64,000 nt of DNA, taken from NCBI GenBank assembly GCA_947361355.1, contig CANAIR010000001.1, forward strand, positions 64,215-128,214. The letters are read 5' to 3'. Shown here piece after piece: positions 28,527 through 39,218 of the stretch. Each line of letters begins with the position of its first letter. Position 1 is the stretch's first letter. The notes below the pieces were generated by a model. It was given only the letters and a program-made list of their open reading frames with translations. It was not told the DNA's origin and made no database searches. Origin of the DNA: an uncultured Clostridium sp. (lineage in GTDB: Bacteria; Bacillota; Clostridia; TANB77; CAG-465). A program made the position numbers and the translations under genes.

Positions 28527-29018
28527 ATGTTAAATTTTGAAATTGAAGCAACTATTTGTATGTCAAATGATAGATTTTCAAATACGAATACTTTAAGATT
28601 GTATCCTGAACCTATTGATTTTGAAGACGAATTGAAAAAGCTTAATGTAGAAGAACAATTTGTCCGTCAGTCCAAAAGAAGTAAAAATCAGCGGAAAAAG
28701 GCAGCACAAAAAAATCGTTTCCCCGTTGGACTTCGAAAGGAATTGGCGTGTATAAAAAAAGAGGACAAAATTTATAATTCAAGGAAAAAAACTAGACAAC
28801 AGGAAAAGAGAGAACTTAACAAAATTATTATTGATGAAATTCAGGAAAAAGCTCTTATACAGAAAGAAATTGACGAGGCAGAATACAAAGCTGGATTCGA
28901 TTTTGGACGTTCCGCTGGCTATTTTGGAAAACCTATTCGCATCAACATATTTGAATCTCCAATATGGAACGAAGGGTATATAGATGGGTATCCTAAAGGT
29001 GCTAGTGAAAGAAGATAA
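28527..29018 (+). CDS. Hypothetical basic protein
   Basis: ORF trimmed to the ATG behind GGAGG. Lys/Arg/Gln-rich centre (RQSKRSKNQRKKAAQKNR). No domain recognised. Confidence 0.5.
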   Translation: MLNFEIEATICMSNDRFSNTNTLRLYPEPIDFEDELKKLNVEEQFVRQSKRSKNQRKKAAQKNRFPVGLRKELACIKKEDKIYNSRKKTRQQEKRELNKIIIDEIQEKALIQKEIDEAEYKAGFDFGRSAGYFGKPIRINIFESPIWNEGYIDGYPKGASERR

Positions 29019-29029
29019 ACTCAATAAAA

Positions 29030-29073
29030 AAGCTAATATTTAGATTTAATTTTCTAAATATTAGCCTTTTTTT
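29030..29073. terminator. Bidirectional terminator
   Basis: Stem AGCTAATATTTAGA/TCTAAATATTAGCC flanked by an A-run and a T-run, between convergent genes. Confidence 0.75.
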
Positions 29074-29105
29074 ATCTATTATTTTGTTATTTTACTATTA
29101 CCATC

Positions 29106-31337
29106 TCATTTATGTTCATTAAAGTATATTTCAAACTCTTCCTTAGATATTGGCTTAGAATAATAATATCCTTGAATTATATCTGATTTTATCTTCTTTA
29201 TAAACTCTACCTGTTCTTTAGTTTCAACTCCTTCAACTATTGTTTTTACTCCAAGGTGCTTTGCTATAAACATTATATAATTAATAATATTATTATCACT
29301 ATTTAAGTCTGCTTTATCTACAAATATTTTATCTATCTTTATTATATCTATTGGCATATTTTGTAACATACTAAGTGATGAGTAACCTGTACCAAAGTCA
29401 TCAATTGATACTAAAAATCCTTTTTCTTTTATACTATTTAATAATTTCAAAGTATCAACTTTTTCTTCAGTTGTTGCACTTTCAGTGATTTCTATATCAA
29501 TTTTTCCCCTTTCTATTTTATGTTTATCTACAATTTTAGCATACTCATCTATAAAGTTTTCATTTGCAAAATGTTCTTTAGATACATTTATGGAAATAGT
29601 AGGTACAAAATTATATTTTTCTTTCCACAAAGACATATCTTTACATACTTGTTCAAAAATATATAAATCTAATTTCATTATAAATTTATTTTTTTCAAAT
29701 AAAGGTATAAATTTTCCTGGTGATATCATTTCTCCATCCTTATACCATCTAACAAGTGCTTCTGCACCATATAGCTTTTCATTTTTTACATACATCTTTG
29801 GTTGATAAACAACTTTAAATTCTTTATTTTTAAGTGCACTTTCCATAGATGATTCAATTTTTTGTTCTTCTACCAATTTATTTTCTAATATTTCATCAAA
29901 AATATAATAATTTATATCATATACGCCCTTTACTTTTGCCCTTGCCATATACGCTTTATCTAACAATTTATTTATATCATTTTCTTCTGGAATAATCTTA
30001 TAAACGCCAATAGATAAATTTACTTGAATTTTTTTATTGTCTACTGTAAAATTTGAAATTTCATTAAAAATTTGATTTAATAATCTATTTATATCTCTTT
30101 CATAATTAAACACAGTAGCAAATATATCATTTGACATCCTACAAGTAATATTATTATCTGGTAAAATACTTTCCAATTTTTCACCTAAGGTTTTCAAAAT
30201 TTTATTACAAAATTTATAACCATAAATATTGTTTAATGCTTTGAATTTATTTATATCAAGAGCAATTATATAATTATTCTTCTTAAAATTTTGTAAGAAT
30301 TTTTCACCTTTCTCTTTAAAATATACCTCATTTCCTAGTAAAGTTACAGGATCAATATATGCAATGTTATATAATTTATGTTTTTGAATTTGATTTGATA
30401 CATCAATATAAATTAGTACACTAATTATCACAAAACAAAAAGCTACACAAATTGCAAATGATAAAACTAAAAATTTCGTAGTTTCTTTTGCAATTACACT
30501 ATCTGGTGCAATTGTTATTACATACCAATCATTAATTCCTAATTTTTCATAATTTAAAAAGTATAAAGTATCAGAAAGTTTCAAATTTAAATTTCCTACT
30601 TCATTTTTTAATATTTTATCTTTCATAATAGTTATTTTACTTAAAATTTCACTATCTTCTATATTATATTTATTAACTAAATAATCAAAAAAATTGTTAT
30701 TATTACTATTATCTGTTAATCCATATGAGTCTATAAGAACATGACCTTTATTATTAAGTAATAAAGTTCCACCTTTTCCACTAAATACTTTTTGTGATAA
30801 AATTTCCTCATATTCTTCTGTATTTATAGTAGCAAATAAAACAAAATCTGTATTTTTAAATTTGAATGTTTTAGAATATATATTTACATAATTTTCTGAA
30901 ACAGTACTAGGTCTATTTTCAGATAAATAAACATTTGATTGACTAAAAAATTCTTTTATATTAGGATAATTTTGAATTTCAATATTATCACTAGTTATAC
31001 CATTTCCATTTTTATCTAAAATTGCTAGTCTTGTAAAATTATGTGACTTATAATCACTTCCAAAACTTTTAAAAATATCTTCAACACTTTCAAAGTTTCC
31101 ATTATCAATAGCATGTACTATTTGATCAACAAACTTCATTTGACTATTAATTTTAAGATTTAATTTTCCAGCATTTTGTCTTCCTATTTCTGTTATACTT
31201 GTATATATGCTTTCATAAGTTAATTCTTTTACATACTTAATATAAAAAAAAGAACCTAATAAAATAAATAATAATACTATAAAAATGTAAATGAACCTCA
31301 GCTTATAATGTTTGACATTTTTTAATTTTTTTCCCAT
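29106..31337 (-). CDS. Membrane sensor protein with a periplasmic Cache-like domain, a degenerate GGDEF domain and an EAL domain (c-di-GMP phosphodiesterase type)
   Basis: Two TM helices flank a roughly 270-aa extracytoplasmic region. The GGDEF position reads SNDIF. The EAL domain has EALVRW and DDFGTGYSSL. Confidence 0.85.
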   Translation of the reverse strand: MGKKLKNVKHYKLRFIYIFIVLLFILLGSFFYIKYVKELTYESIYTSITEIGRQNAGKLNLKINSQMKFVDQIVHAIDNGNFESVEDIFKSFGSDYKSHNFTRLAILDKNGNGITSDNIEIQNYPNIKEFFSQSNVYLSENRPSTVSENYVNIYSKTFKFKNTDFVLFATINTEEYEEILSQKVFSGKGGTLLLNNKGHVLIDSYGLTDNSNNNNFFDYLVNKYNIEDSEILSKITIMKDKILKNEVGNLNLKLSDTLYFLNYEKLGINDWYVITIAPDSVIAKETTKFLVLSFAICVAFCFVIISVLIYIDVSNQIQKHKLYNIAYIDPVTLLGNEVYFKEKGEKFLQNFKKNNYIIALDINKFKALNNIYGYKFCNKILKTLGEKLESILPDNNITCRMSNDIFATVFNYERDINRLLNQIFNEISNFTVDNKKIQVNLSIGVYKIIPEENDINKLLDKAYMARAKVKGVYDINYYIFDEILENKLVEEQKIESSMESALKNKEFKVVYQPKMYVKNEKLYGAEALVRWYKDGEMISPGKFIPLFEKNKFIMKLDLYIFEQVCKDMSLWKEKYNFVPTISINVSKEHFANENFIDEYAKIVDKHKIERGKIDIEITESATTEEKVDTLKLLNSIKEKGFLVSIDDFGTGYSSLSMLQNMPIDIIKIDKIFVDKADLNSDNNIINYIMFIAKHLGVKTIVEGVETKEQVEFIKKIKSDIIQGYYYSKPISKEEFEIYFNEHK

Positions 31338-31444
31338 AAATCCACCTCATAACTTATATATATAATATAATAAACTCCATTTATTTTCAATAAAATTATA
31401 AAAAGATAACAATTAGTATTTTTACTAATTATTACCTTCATTTG

Positions 31445-31942
31445 TTATAAAGCTTTTTCAATATCATTAATTAATTCTTCAATTTTATCTTTTGTTTTAT
31501 TATCTAAATCATTAATATCACTAACTTTATTATTAGATAATGTTTTTTCAATTTCATCAAATTTAGAATTAACTGTCTTTTTGGCATCATTTGTTAATTT
31601 ATAGCCTTCCGCACCAATTTTATCTGTAAGTCTTGCCATATATTTTGCTGGAACTTCTACTAATTTTCCATTTAATGTAATACCTTTTTTTACCCTTTCA
31701 TAAAAATCTCTAGCATTAGCATCAGATAAAGTTAAGCTCTCTTTCATATCACTAGATAAATTATCATTATCATAAATATTTACATTATTATTTGTACCAT
31801 TATTACTACTATTATTATTCATGTTTTCAGTTTCATTATTTGTACCATTTCTAAAAAACATAAAATATGAAGCTATAATTATTAGCGCAACAACTATAAT
31901 TATTATAACTGCTATTGTTGCATCACCTTTTTTCTTATTCAT
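31445..31942 (-). CDS. Hypothetical membrane-anchored protein with an Asn-rich linker
   Basis: ORF trimmed to MNKKKGD, which has SD AAGGAG. N-terminal helix IAVIIIIVVALIIIASYF, then NNNSSNNGTNNN. Confidence 0.55.
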   Translation of the reverse strand: MNKKKGDATIAVIIIIVVALIIIASYFMFFRNGTNNETENMNNNSSNNGTNNNVNIYDNDNLSSDMKESLTLSDANARDFYERVKKGITLNGKLVEVPAKYMARLTDKIGAEGYKLTNDAKKTVNSKFDEIEKTLSNNKVSDINDLDNKTKDKIEELINDIEKAL

Positions 31943-32055
31943 TTTTATCACTCCTTTACTTTTAATATTTGCATTTTTTCTATAATTATTCATTAAAAAT
32001 CAATTTTTCTTAATATTAAAAATCATTATAATAAATTATTCAACAAACAAAGAAA

Positions 32056-32082
32056 GCAACTAACGCCATTAGTGTTAGTTGC
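32056..32082. promoter_or_regulatory. Perfect inverted repeat (9-bp arms, 9-bp spacer), candidate operator or hairpin
   Basis: GCAACTAAC-GCCATTAGT-GTTAGTTGC, 70 nt upstream of the XRE gene in the divergent intergenic region. Confidence 0.4.
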
Positions 32083-32151
32083 AAAACACTTTAATTGTTT
32101 ACCTTTTAAATGTTTTAGTGTATATTATTAATGTGATATGGAGATGATAAC

Positions 32152-32472
32152 ATGGATAAAAATATTATTAATAAAAAACTATTTGGCAAAAAAATTAAAG
32201 ATGCAAGATTAAAAATGGAATTAACACAATTTGAATTGGCTGAAAAAATTGGCGTTTCACAAAATTTTTTAGGTGATATTGAAAGAGGAATAAAGCTTCC
32301 AAGTTTACCAAAATTAATTTTACTATCTAACACTTTAAAAGTAAGTTTAGATTTTTTATTCTCTGATTCACTAGATAATATACTATACGAACCTGACAAT
32401 ACATACTATACAGATAAACAAATGGCAATTATAAAAAACATAGTAAGAACAATTACTACAAATTTTGAGTAA
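32152..32472 (+). CDS. XRE-family helix-turn-helix transcriptional regulator
   Basis: LTQFELAEKIGVSQNFLGDIERG is a classic Cro/C1 HTH. Confidence 0.8.
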   Translation: MDKNIINKKLFGKKIKDARLKMELTQFELAEKIGVSQNFLGDIERGIKLPSLPKLILLSNTLKVSLDFLFSDSLDNILYEPDNTYYTDKQMAIIKNIVRTITTNFE

Positions 32473-32484
32473 AATAAATTACTT

Positions 32485-32525
32485 TGAGAGTATATCAATA
32501 ATTTATTTTTATTGATATACTCTCA
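32485..32525. terminator. Bidirectional terminator
   Basis: 16-bp perfect stem TGAGAGTATATCAATA/TATTGATATACTCTCA. Confidence 0.75.
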
Positions 32526-32575
32526 GTCTTATAAATATTTGATATTATACAAAATATTAAAACTAAAAATATTTT

Positions 32576-33343
32576 TTAATTGATTTTAAAAAATTCACAA
32601 GAATTCTTATATACTTTTTCTGAAACATATTCTATGTCCATTTCTTTATATTCAGATAGTTTTTTACATATAATTGGTAAATTAGCTGATGTATTAATTG
32701 TACCACGATAAGGCACTGGTGCTAAATATGGGCAATCAGTTTCTATAACTATTTGTTCTATAGGTATTTTTTTTATATATTGTCCAAAACTAGCATTTCT
32801 TTTATAGGTTATATTTCCACCAAATGCAACTCTAAAACCTTTTTCTAATGTAAGTCTTACTAAATCATCAGTAGGATGAAAACAGTGTAACAAGCATCCA
32901 TATTGTGGAATATTTTGAATTAATACTTTGTATGTATCTAAAGAAGCATCTCTAGTATGTACTATTATTGGTAATTTTAAAGCATTTGCCATTTCTATTT
33001 GTTCTATAAATAAATTTATTTGCGCTAATTTATTATCAGAGACAAAAGCATAATCAAGCCCAATTTCACCTATTGCAACAATTTTTTTATCTTTATTTGC
33101 TTGATATATATCATATATATCAATTGTCTTATCTTTAAAAACATCATGTGGATGTATACCAATGGCGGCATACATATAATCATATTTTTCAGATAACTCT
33201 AAAGCTTTATCAGAACTTTCTTTATTATAACCTACGTTTACAATTTTATCTACTCCAGCATCTTTACATATTCTTAATGTTTCTTCTAAATTTTCTTTAT
33301 ATACTTCATCATTATAATGTGCATGTGTATCAAAATATTTCAT
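32576..33343 (-). CDS. tatD: TatD-family metal-dependent hydrolase
   Basis: FDTHAHY start, GEIGLDY, HTRDA and ETDCPYL motifs. Confidence 0.9.
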   Translation of the reverse strand: MKYFDTHAHYNDEVYKENLEETLRICKDAGVDKIVNVGYNKESSDKALELSEKYDYMYAAIGIHPHDVFKDKTIDIYDIYQANKDKKIVAIGEIGLDYAFVSDNKLAQINLFIEQIEMANALKLPIIVHTRDASLDTYKVLIQNIPQYGCLLHCFHPTDDLVRLTLEKGFRVAFGGNITYKRNASFGQYIKKIPIEQIVIETDCPYLAPVPYRGTINTSANLPIICKKLSEYKEMDIEYVSEKVYKNSCEFFKIN

Positions 33344-33365
33344 ATGTCACCTCCAAAAAATTATA

Positions 33366-34757
33366 CTAATATATTTTCATTTTTGTAGGCAATGTAACAA
33401 TTACCTCTGTTCCTTCATTTACCTTACTGTGTATATCAATAGTACCATTATTTCCATCTATTATTTCCTTAACAATTGATAAACCAAGTCCTGTTCCACC
33501 CATTTTTCTCGAACGTGCTTTATCAACCCTATAAAATCTTTCAAATATCCTATTTAAATCTTTCTCTGGAATTCCAATACCATTATCTACAACTTTTATA
33601 TAAGCATTATTATTTATTGATCCTACATATACTTTAATACTTCCATTCTCTGGTGTATATTTAATACTATTACTAACAATATTAATTATTACTTGTTCAA
33701 TTGAATCTCTATCTGCATAAACTTGTGGTGGTTTTACTGTTATGATACACTCCAAGTTATGATTTTTTTCACTAGCCGAAAATTGCATTTTTTCACAAAC
33801 ACTTCTTGCCATATCATCTAAAGAGAACATCATTTTTTTCCAACTTACTTTTTTATAGTCAAATCTAGAAAGTTGTAAAAGATCTGCAACCAGTCTTCCC
33901 ATACGATTTGCTTCCTGATTTATTACCTTTGAAAATTTAACTATTTCTTGGTACGTTAAATCTCCATTTGCTATTGTTTCTGAATATCCTTTAATAGATG
34001 TTAATGGTGTTTTTAATTCATGTGATACATTAGCAACAAATTCTTTTCTTAAGTTATCTAATTTTACATTTTCAGTTATATTTCTTACCATCATTATAAC
34101 ACCCATTGGAGTTAATCTATCACTAAAAAATGGTACAAACACTATATTTAGTGCATTTTCTCCAACAGTTGTTTTTGCCTCAATACTCTTATAATTTGGC
34201 AAATACATCACCTTGTCAAATTCCAAATTTATTTTTATCTTTTTTATAACTTTATCAAATGTATCATCAATATCTGTTATATTTAATAGAAGCATAGCAG
34301 ATTTATTCATATGTACAACTTGTTTTGTTATCGAAAATGCAACTACACCGTCAGCCATATGTTCCAAAATTATTTCTGTTTTACTCTGTTGACTATTCAA
34401 ATCAAAATTATTTTTTTTAATAACCTCCATCATAGAAGAAAAACTTTCTATTGTTTCATAAATTTCAGAAAATTTAGACACATCATTCATATGCTTTGTC
34501 TCTATTATTCTTCCAGTAGAAACAGTTCTCATAGCCTTATCAATCTTCTTTAATGGAAATGTAATTAGTCTAGCTATTATAAATGTAGGTATTAAAAATA
34601 TAATTAATAAAACTCCAAGCACAATAATATTATTAATTTCAAAAATATTATTAACATCAATAATACTCTCTGATAGAATTATAGTAGTTATAAAAACTAT
34701 AACTACCACACATACAACAAGAAAAGTAATACACGATTTTATTGATATTTTCATCAT
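33366..34757 (-). CDS. Sensor histidine kinase (HAMP-PAS-HisKA-HATPase)
   Basis: H-box SHELKTPLTSIKGY, N-box VSNSIKYT, and G-boxes DNGIGI and GGTGLGLSI. Confidence 0.85.
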   Translation of the reverse strand: MMKISIKSCITFLVVCVVVIVFITTIILSESIIDVNNIFEINNIIVLGVLLIIFLIPTFIIARLITFPLKKIDKAMRTVSTGRIIETKHMNDVSKFSEIYETIESFSSMMEVIKKNNFDLNSQQSKTEIILEHMADGVVAFSITKQVVHMNKSAMLLLNITDIDDTFDKVIKKIKINLEFDKVMYLPNYKSIEAKTTVGENALNIVFVPFFSDRLTPMGVIMMVRNITENVKLDNLRKEFVANVSHELKTPLTSIKGYSETIANGDLTYQEIVKFSKVINQEANRMGRLVADLLQLSRFDYKKVSWKKMMFSLDDMARSVCEKMQFSASEKNHNLECIITVKPPQVYADRDSIEQVIINIVSNSIKYTPENGSIKVYVGSINNNAYIKVVDNGIGIPEKDLNRIFERFYRVDKARSRKMGGTGLGLSIVKEIIDGNNGTIDIHSKVNEGTEVIVTLPTKMKIY

Positions 34758-34781
34758 ATATTATTTCCTCCTACTATTATT

Positions 34782-35480
34782 TTACATAGATATATAATAC
34801 CCCATACCTCTTCTTGTTTGTATATACTTAGGTTCAGCTGGATTTTTTTCTATCTTTTCTCTTAAACGTCTTACAGTAACATCAACAGTTCTTGCATCAC
34901 CATAAAAATCATAACCCCATACACCTTTTAAAATTTGCTCTCTAGTAAATATTTGATCTGGTTGTGCAGATAGCATTTTTAAAAGTTCAAATTCCTTTGT
35001 AGTTAAATCTATTTTTTTGTCACCGATTATAGCAATATATTTATCTGCATCTATTTGCATGTCTTTTATCACTATTCTATTGAAATTATTCTTTTCCTCT
35101 ACTTCCTCAGGTAAAGTATGTCTTCTTAGATTAGCTTTTACTCTTGCAATTACTTCCCTTATGCTAAATGGTTTTGTCATATAATCATCTGCACCCAATT
35201 CAAGACCTATTATTTTATCCACAACTTCTTCTTTTGCAGTAAGCATAATAATTGGACAAATAAGAGTTTTCCTAAGTTCTTTACATACATTAAAACCATC
35301 TATTTTTGGAAGCATTAAATCTAGTAATATAAGATCTGGTTTTATAGATTTAGCAATATTAATTGCTTCTTCACCATCATACGCAACTGCAGTTGTAAAT
35401 CCTTCTTTTTCCAAATTGAATTTTAATATATCAACAATTGGTTTTTCATCATCCACTATTAAAATTTTTTTATCATTCAT
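34782..35480 (-). CDS. OmpR-family response regulator
   Basis: ORF trimmed to MNDKKILIVDDE. Receiver domain with DLMLP. C-terminal winged helix (RRGMGY). Confidence 0.9.
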   Translation of the reverse strand: MNDKKILIVDDEKPIVDILKFNLEKEGFTTAVAYDGEEAINIAKSIKPDLILLDLMLPKIDGFNVCKELRKTLICPIIMLTAKEEVVDKIIGLELGADDYMTKPFSIREVIARVKANLRRHTLPEEVEEKNNFNRIVIKDMQIDADKYIAIIGDKKIDLTTKEFELLKMLSAQPDQIFTREQILKGVWGYDFYGDARTVDVTVRRLREKIEKNPAEPKYIQTRRGMGYYISM

Positions 35481-35610
35481 ATACATACACCCCATTTTTT
35501 TACAAAATCTGAATACATTATATCATGACTGTTAAAATATTGCTACATTTTTGTTAAATAAATTTAATTTTTTTGTAATTTTTCTGTAATCAAATAATAT
35601 AAAAAGTTGT

Positions 35611-36408
35611 TTACTTATCAAAAACTTTTACTTCAAAATTATTTACGCAAGTTATTGTTTTAAATTTATTTATAAAAAATTTACTATCTTTTGTAATTAC
35701 TAATTTAATTTTACATGTGTTTTGATTATTTTTATTTAAAGTTAACACCTTATTTTTTAAATTATTTACTACTCCTACACTTCCATCTATAATATTAATA
35801 TTAGTACCTAACACGTCCTTAAATTCATTTTTAAATAATGGAAAATGAGTACATCCTAAAACAAGATAGCTGTAATCTTCAATTTTATAATCTTTAAAAC
35901 TTTCCTTTAAATATTTTATTACTTCTAAATTTAAAGTATTATTATTGAAATTTACTTTTTCACTTTCAGCAAAATCAACTAACTTATCTAAACTTAACAA
36001 CTCTACCTTTTCATTAGCATGTAAATCATGTATCAAATTATTCAACTTTTCTTCTTTTATAGTCAAGCTTGTACCGCAAATAAGTATTTTTTTATAATCA
36101 TTTGAATCCACAGCTTTTTTTACAGCTGGTTCTGTTCCTATAAAACAAATATCTTGATATTTTTGTCTTAAATCTTTTATCGCAATACTAGTTGCTGTAT
36201 TACAAGCAATAACTATTATTTTACATCCTTGATTTATTAAATACTCAACGTTATTAAATATATATTCTTTAACTATTTTCTTTTTCTTAACACCATAAGG
36301 TGCATTTTTATTATCACCTAAATATATATAATCAGCTGCTACATTTTTTATCGCCTCTTTAAATATAGTAAGGCCACCAAGACCTGAATCATATACACCT
36401 ATTTTCAT
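35611..36408 (-). CDS. murI: Glutamate racemase
   Basis: GVYDSGLGGLT, IACNTAT and GCTHFP motifs. Confidence 0.9.
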   Translation of the reverse strand: MKIGVYDSGLGGLTIFKEAIKNVAADYIYLGDNKNAPYGVKKKKIVKEYIFNNVEYLINQGCKIIVIACNTATSIAIKDLRQKYQDICFIGTEPAVKKAVDSNDYKKILICGTSLTIKEEKLNNLIHDLHANEKVELLSLDKLVDFAESEKVNFNNNTLNLEVIKYLKESFKDYKIEDYSYLVLGCTHFPLFKNEFKDVLGTNINIIDGSVGVVNNLKNKVLTLNKNNQNTCKIKLVITKDSKFFINKFKTITCVNNFEVKVFDK

Positions 36409-36625
36409 TTAATACCTCCAAAATAAAATTCAAATTAAAACAAAAAATAATATATTTTATAAAAAAAATATAAATTTTATAAAATACGTATATATATTTT
36501 TTTTCTATACATAATAATAATAACTATGACATAGTTTTTAATATATTAAAATTTAACTTATCTGGGTTCTAATGTACTTAGAGGAGATAAGTAAATAGGT
36601 GGAATTATATACTTTCCACCTATTT

Positions 36626-37219
36626 TTACATTTTTCTTCTTCCTTCTAAAGCTTTTATTAAAGTGATCTCATCTGTATATTCTAAATCTCCACCAACAGG
36701 AATTCCATGTGCAATTCTAGTAACATTTATTCCAAGTGGCTTTATCAATCTAGAAATATACATAGCAGTAGCTTCACCTTCTACAGTAGGATTGGTTGCA
36801 AGTATAACTTCTTTTATAACATCATCTTTTAATCTTTCTAGAAGCTCTTTAATTTTAATATCTGCAGCAGACACATTATTCATAGGAGAAATAGAACCAT
36901 GTAATACATGATACTTTCCTTTATATTCATGAGTTTTTTCCATAGCTACAACATCTTTTACATTTTCTACTACACAAATTATTGATTCATCTCTTTTATT
37001 ACTAGAACATATATCACAAGGGTCATTTTCTGTAATATTGAAACATTCAGAACAAAATTTAACTTTTTCTTTAGCATCTAAAAATACTTTAGACATCTCT
37101 TCTGCAACAGATTTTGGTGATTCTAAAATATAAAATGCTAACCTGACAGCTGTTTTATGCCCTATTCCTGGTAATTTTTCAAATTGATTTATAAGTTTTG
37201 TAACTGTTTCCGAATACAT
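36626..37219 (-). CDS. recR: Recombination protein RecR
   Basis: LPGIGHKTA helix-hairpin-helix, zinc finger [16 protein letters not shown], and Toprim region. Confidence 0.95.
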   Translation of the reverse strand: MYSETVTKLINQFEKLPGIGHKTAVRLAFYILESPKSVAEEMSKVFLDAKEKVKFCSECFNITENDPCDICSSNKRDESIICVVENVKDVVAMEKTHEYKGKYHVLHGSISPMNNVSAADIKIKELLERLKDDVIKEVILATNPTVEGEATAMYISRLIKPLGINVTRIAHGIPVGGDLEYTDEITLIKALEGRRKM

Positions 37220-37228
37220 ATTTTTTCC

Positions 37229-37561
37229 TTAAAACATTCCTGGAATATTAAATTGTCCAAGCTCCGATTGCATCATTGAATCTGCTTTGTTTAAAGCTTC
37301 ATTTACTGCTGTTAAAATTAAATCTTGTAACATTTCTACATCATCTTTATCAACTACTTCTGGCTTTATTATTATTTCCTTTATTACTTTATCACCAGTA
37401 GCCTTTACAACAACTGCTCCACCACCTGCAGAAGTTTCAAACTCTTTACTTGCTACTGCCTCTTGTTTTTCTTGCATCTCTTTTTGCATTTTTTGTGCTT
37501 GTTTTAATATATTTTGCATATTTCCCATTCCACCACCTGGAAATCCGCCAAATTTTGCCAT
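37229..37561 (-). CDS. ybaB: YbaB/EbfC nucleoid-associated protein
   Basis: [26 protein letters not shown] and the conserved dnaX-ybaB-recR order. Confidence 0.9.
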   Translation of the reverse strand: MAKFGGFPGGGMGNMQNILKQAQKMQKEMQEKQEAVASKEFETSAGGGAVVVKATGDKVIKEIIIKPEVVDKDDVEMLQDLILTAVNEALNKADSMMQSELGQFNIPGMF

Positions 37562-37616
37562 ATTAATCAATCCTTTCATTTTTACTTTTTCATTATATTA
37601 TATTTTTATTACTTTT

Positions 37617-39197
37617 TCAATCAATTGATGTATAATTTACTTCATTTTCTTTAAAAACTTTTTCTATTTTTGTGGAATTGTCCTTTTTTTCTTCTTGTAA
37701 TCTAACTACTATATTTTTTTCATCATTATAATTTTCACTATATATATTCTTTAAAGTTTCAATACTATCTTGAGTTATTAAAACAGAATATGCAAAAGAA
37801 TTATTAGTAACAATAATTAATGATTTTTGATCAACATACATATTTGCACCTGCAAGAGATGAATAAATCTTTAATTTTCCCTTTTCTATTATACATTTTT
37901 TAAAATTTTCTACATCAACAAATGATTCTAATTTTTTTTCATCCACAACTTCATTGTTATTTTGTATATACTTGTCAACAGTATTAACTTTTAAACTATT
38001 ACTATTACTACCACTATCACTTACTTTTTTTATATTTAACGGACTTACAACAGTATTAGTCTTTATGCTTTCAATCTTACTTTTTAGCTTTTCAATCTCA
38101 TTTTCTAATGATGATATTTTTTGCATTAATGGCTCAACACTAATATTCCCATTTTCTGATAAATTATTACTACCCCCAAAATTTACATTACAAATTTCAA
38201 CTATTGCAGATTTTAAAACTATTATTGGCTTAGAAGTAAGCCTTAAATCATTATCTAACTTTGATAACCTATCAATAATTTTAATATATCTATCTACATT
38301 AGTCCCATCTTGATTTATAAGTTTTTCTAGAAAATTCTCTGTTAATTGGTGTGTAAGTTGTCTTAAATCTTTTCCTTTTTTTACAACTTTATCAATATTA
38401 CTTAAAGCTTCTATACTATTTAAAGCCAAAATATTACCTGCAATATTTGATACAATCTGTAAATCTACTGCGCCCACTATTTTTAATACTTCATCATATT
38501 TTAAAATATCTTTACTTTCTGAAATACACCTATCCAAAATACTAAGTGCATCTCTTAATCCCCCCTCAGCTAACTTTGCTATATATTTAATAGCCTCTTC
38601 TTCATATTTTATATTTTCTTCTTTTAGTACATATTCTACTCTTTTAATTATTTCTTCATCTGATATTTTATTAAAATCAAATCTCAAACACCTAGATAAA
38701 ATAGTAACAGGAATTTTATGTTGTTCAGTTGTGGCAAGTATAAATATTACATTTTTAGGTGGCTCTTCTAAAGTTTTTAGTAAAGCGTTGAATGCACTAG
38801 TAGTAAGCATATGTGCCTCATCTATTATATATACTCTATACTTTACATCAATAGTTGTATACACTACTTCTTGCCTAATTTGACGTATATTTTCTACACT
38901 ATTATTTGAAGCCGCATCCATTTCAATTACATCAGTTGTGTGACTTTCTAATATATTTTTACAAACTTCACACTCATTACATGGTTCACCATCTTTTGGA
39001 TTTAAACAATTTACTGCTCTTGCAAAAACTTTAGCCGCACTTGTCTTTCCTGTGCCTCTAGTACCGCTAAATATATAGGCATGCGAAATCTTACCTGATT
39101 TTATTTGATTTTTCAAGATTTTAGTAACACTTTCTTGTCCTACTATACTTTCAAAAGTATTTGGTCTATATTTTCTATACAATGCTATATATGACAT
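37617..39197 (-). CDS. dnaX: DNA polymerase III subunit gamma/tau
   Basis: ORF trimmed to MSYIALYRKYRP, which has SD GGGGTGA. Walker A GTRGTGKTS, zinc module CNECEVC, and LLKTLEEPP. Confidence 0.9.
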   Translation of the reverse strand: MSYIALYRKYRPNTFESIVGQESVTKILKNQIKSGKISHAYIFSGTRGTGKTSAAKVFARAVNCLNPKDGEPCNECEVCKNILESHTTDVIEMDAASNNSVENIRQIRQEVVYTTIDVKYRVYIIDEAHMLTTSAFNALLKTLEEPPKNVIFILATTEQHKIPVTILSRCLRFDFNKISDEEIIKRVEYVLKEENIKYEEEAIKYIAKLAEGGLRDALSILDRCISESKDILKYDEVLKIVGAVDLQIVSNIAGNILALNSIEALSNIDKVVKKGKDLRQLTHQLTENFLEKLINQDGTNVDRYIKIIDRLSKLDNDLRLTSKPIIVLKSAIVEICNVNFGGSNNLSENGNISVEPLMQKISSLENEIEKLKSKIESIKTNTVVSPLNIKKVSDSGSNSNSLKVNTVDKYIQNNNEVVDEKKLESFVDVENFKKCIIEKGKLKIYSSLAGANMYVDQKSLIIVTNNSFAYSVLITQDSIETLKNIYSENYNDEKNIVVRLQEEKKDNSTKIEKVFKENEVNYTSID

Positions 39198-39218
39198 ATT
39201 ATCACCCCATAAAAATAT

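Noticed and set aside
36540-36625. Two consecutive hairpins downstream of recR as a possible riboswitch or sRNA upstream of murI
   Set aside because: The first hairpin is adequately explained as the recR terminator. The second has no conserved riboswitch motif that I can recognise. The evidence is insufficient.
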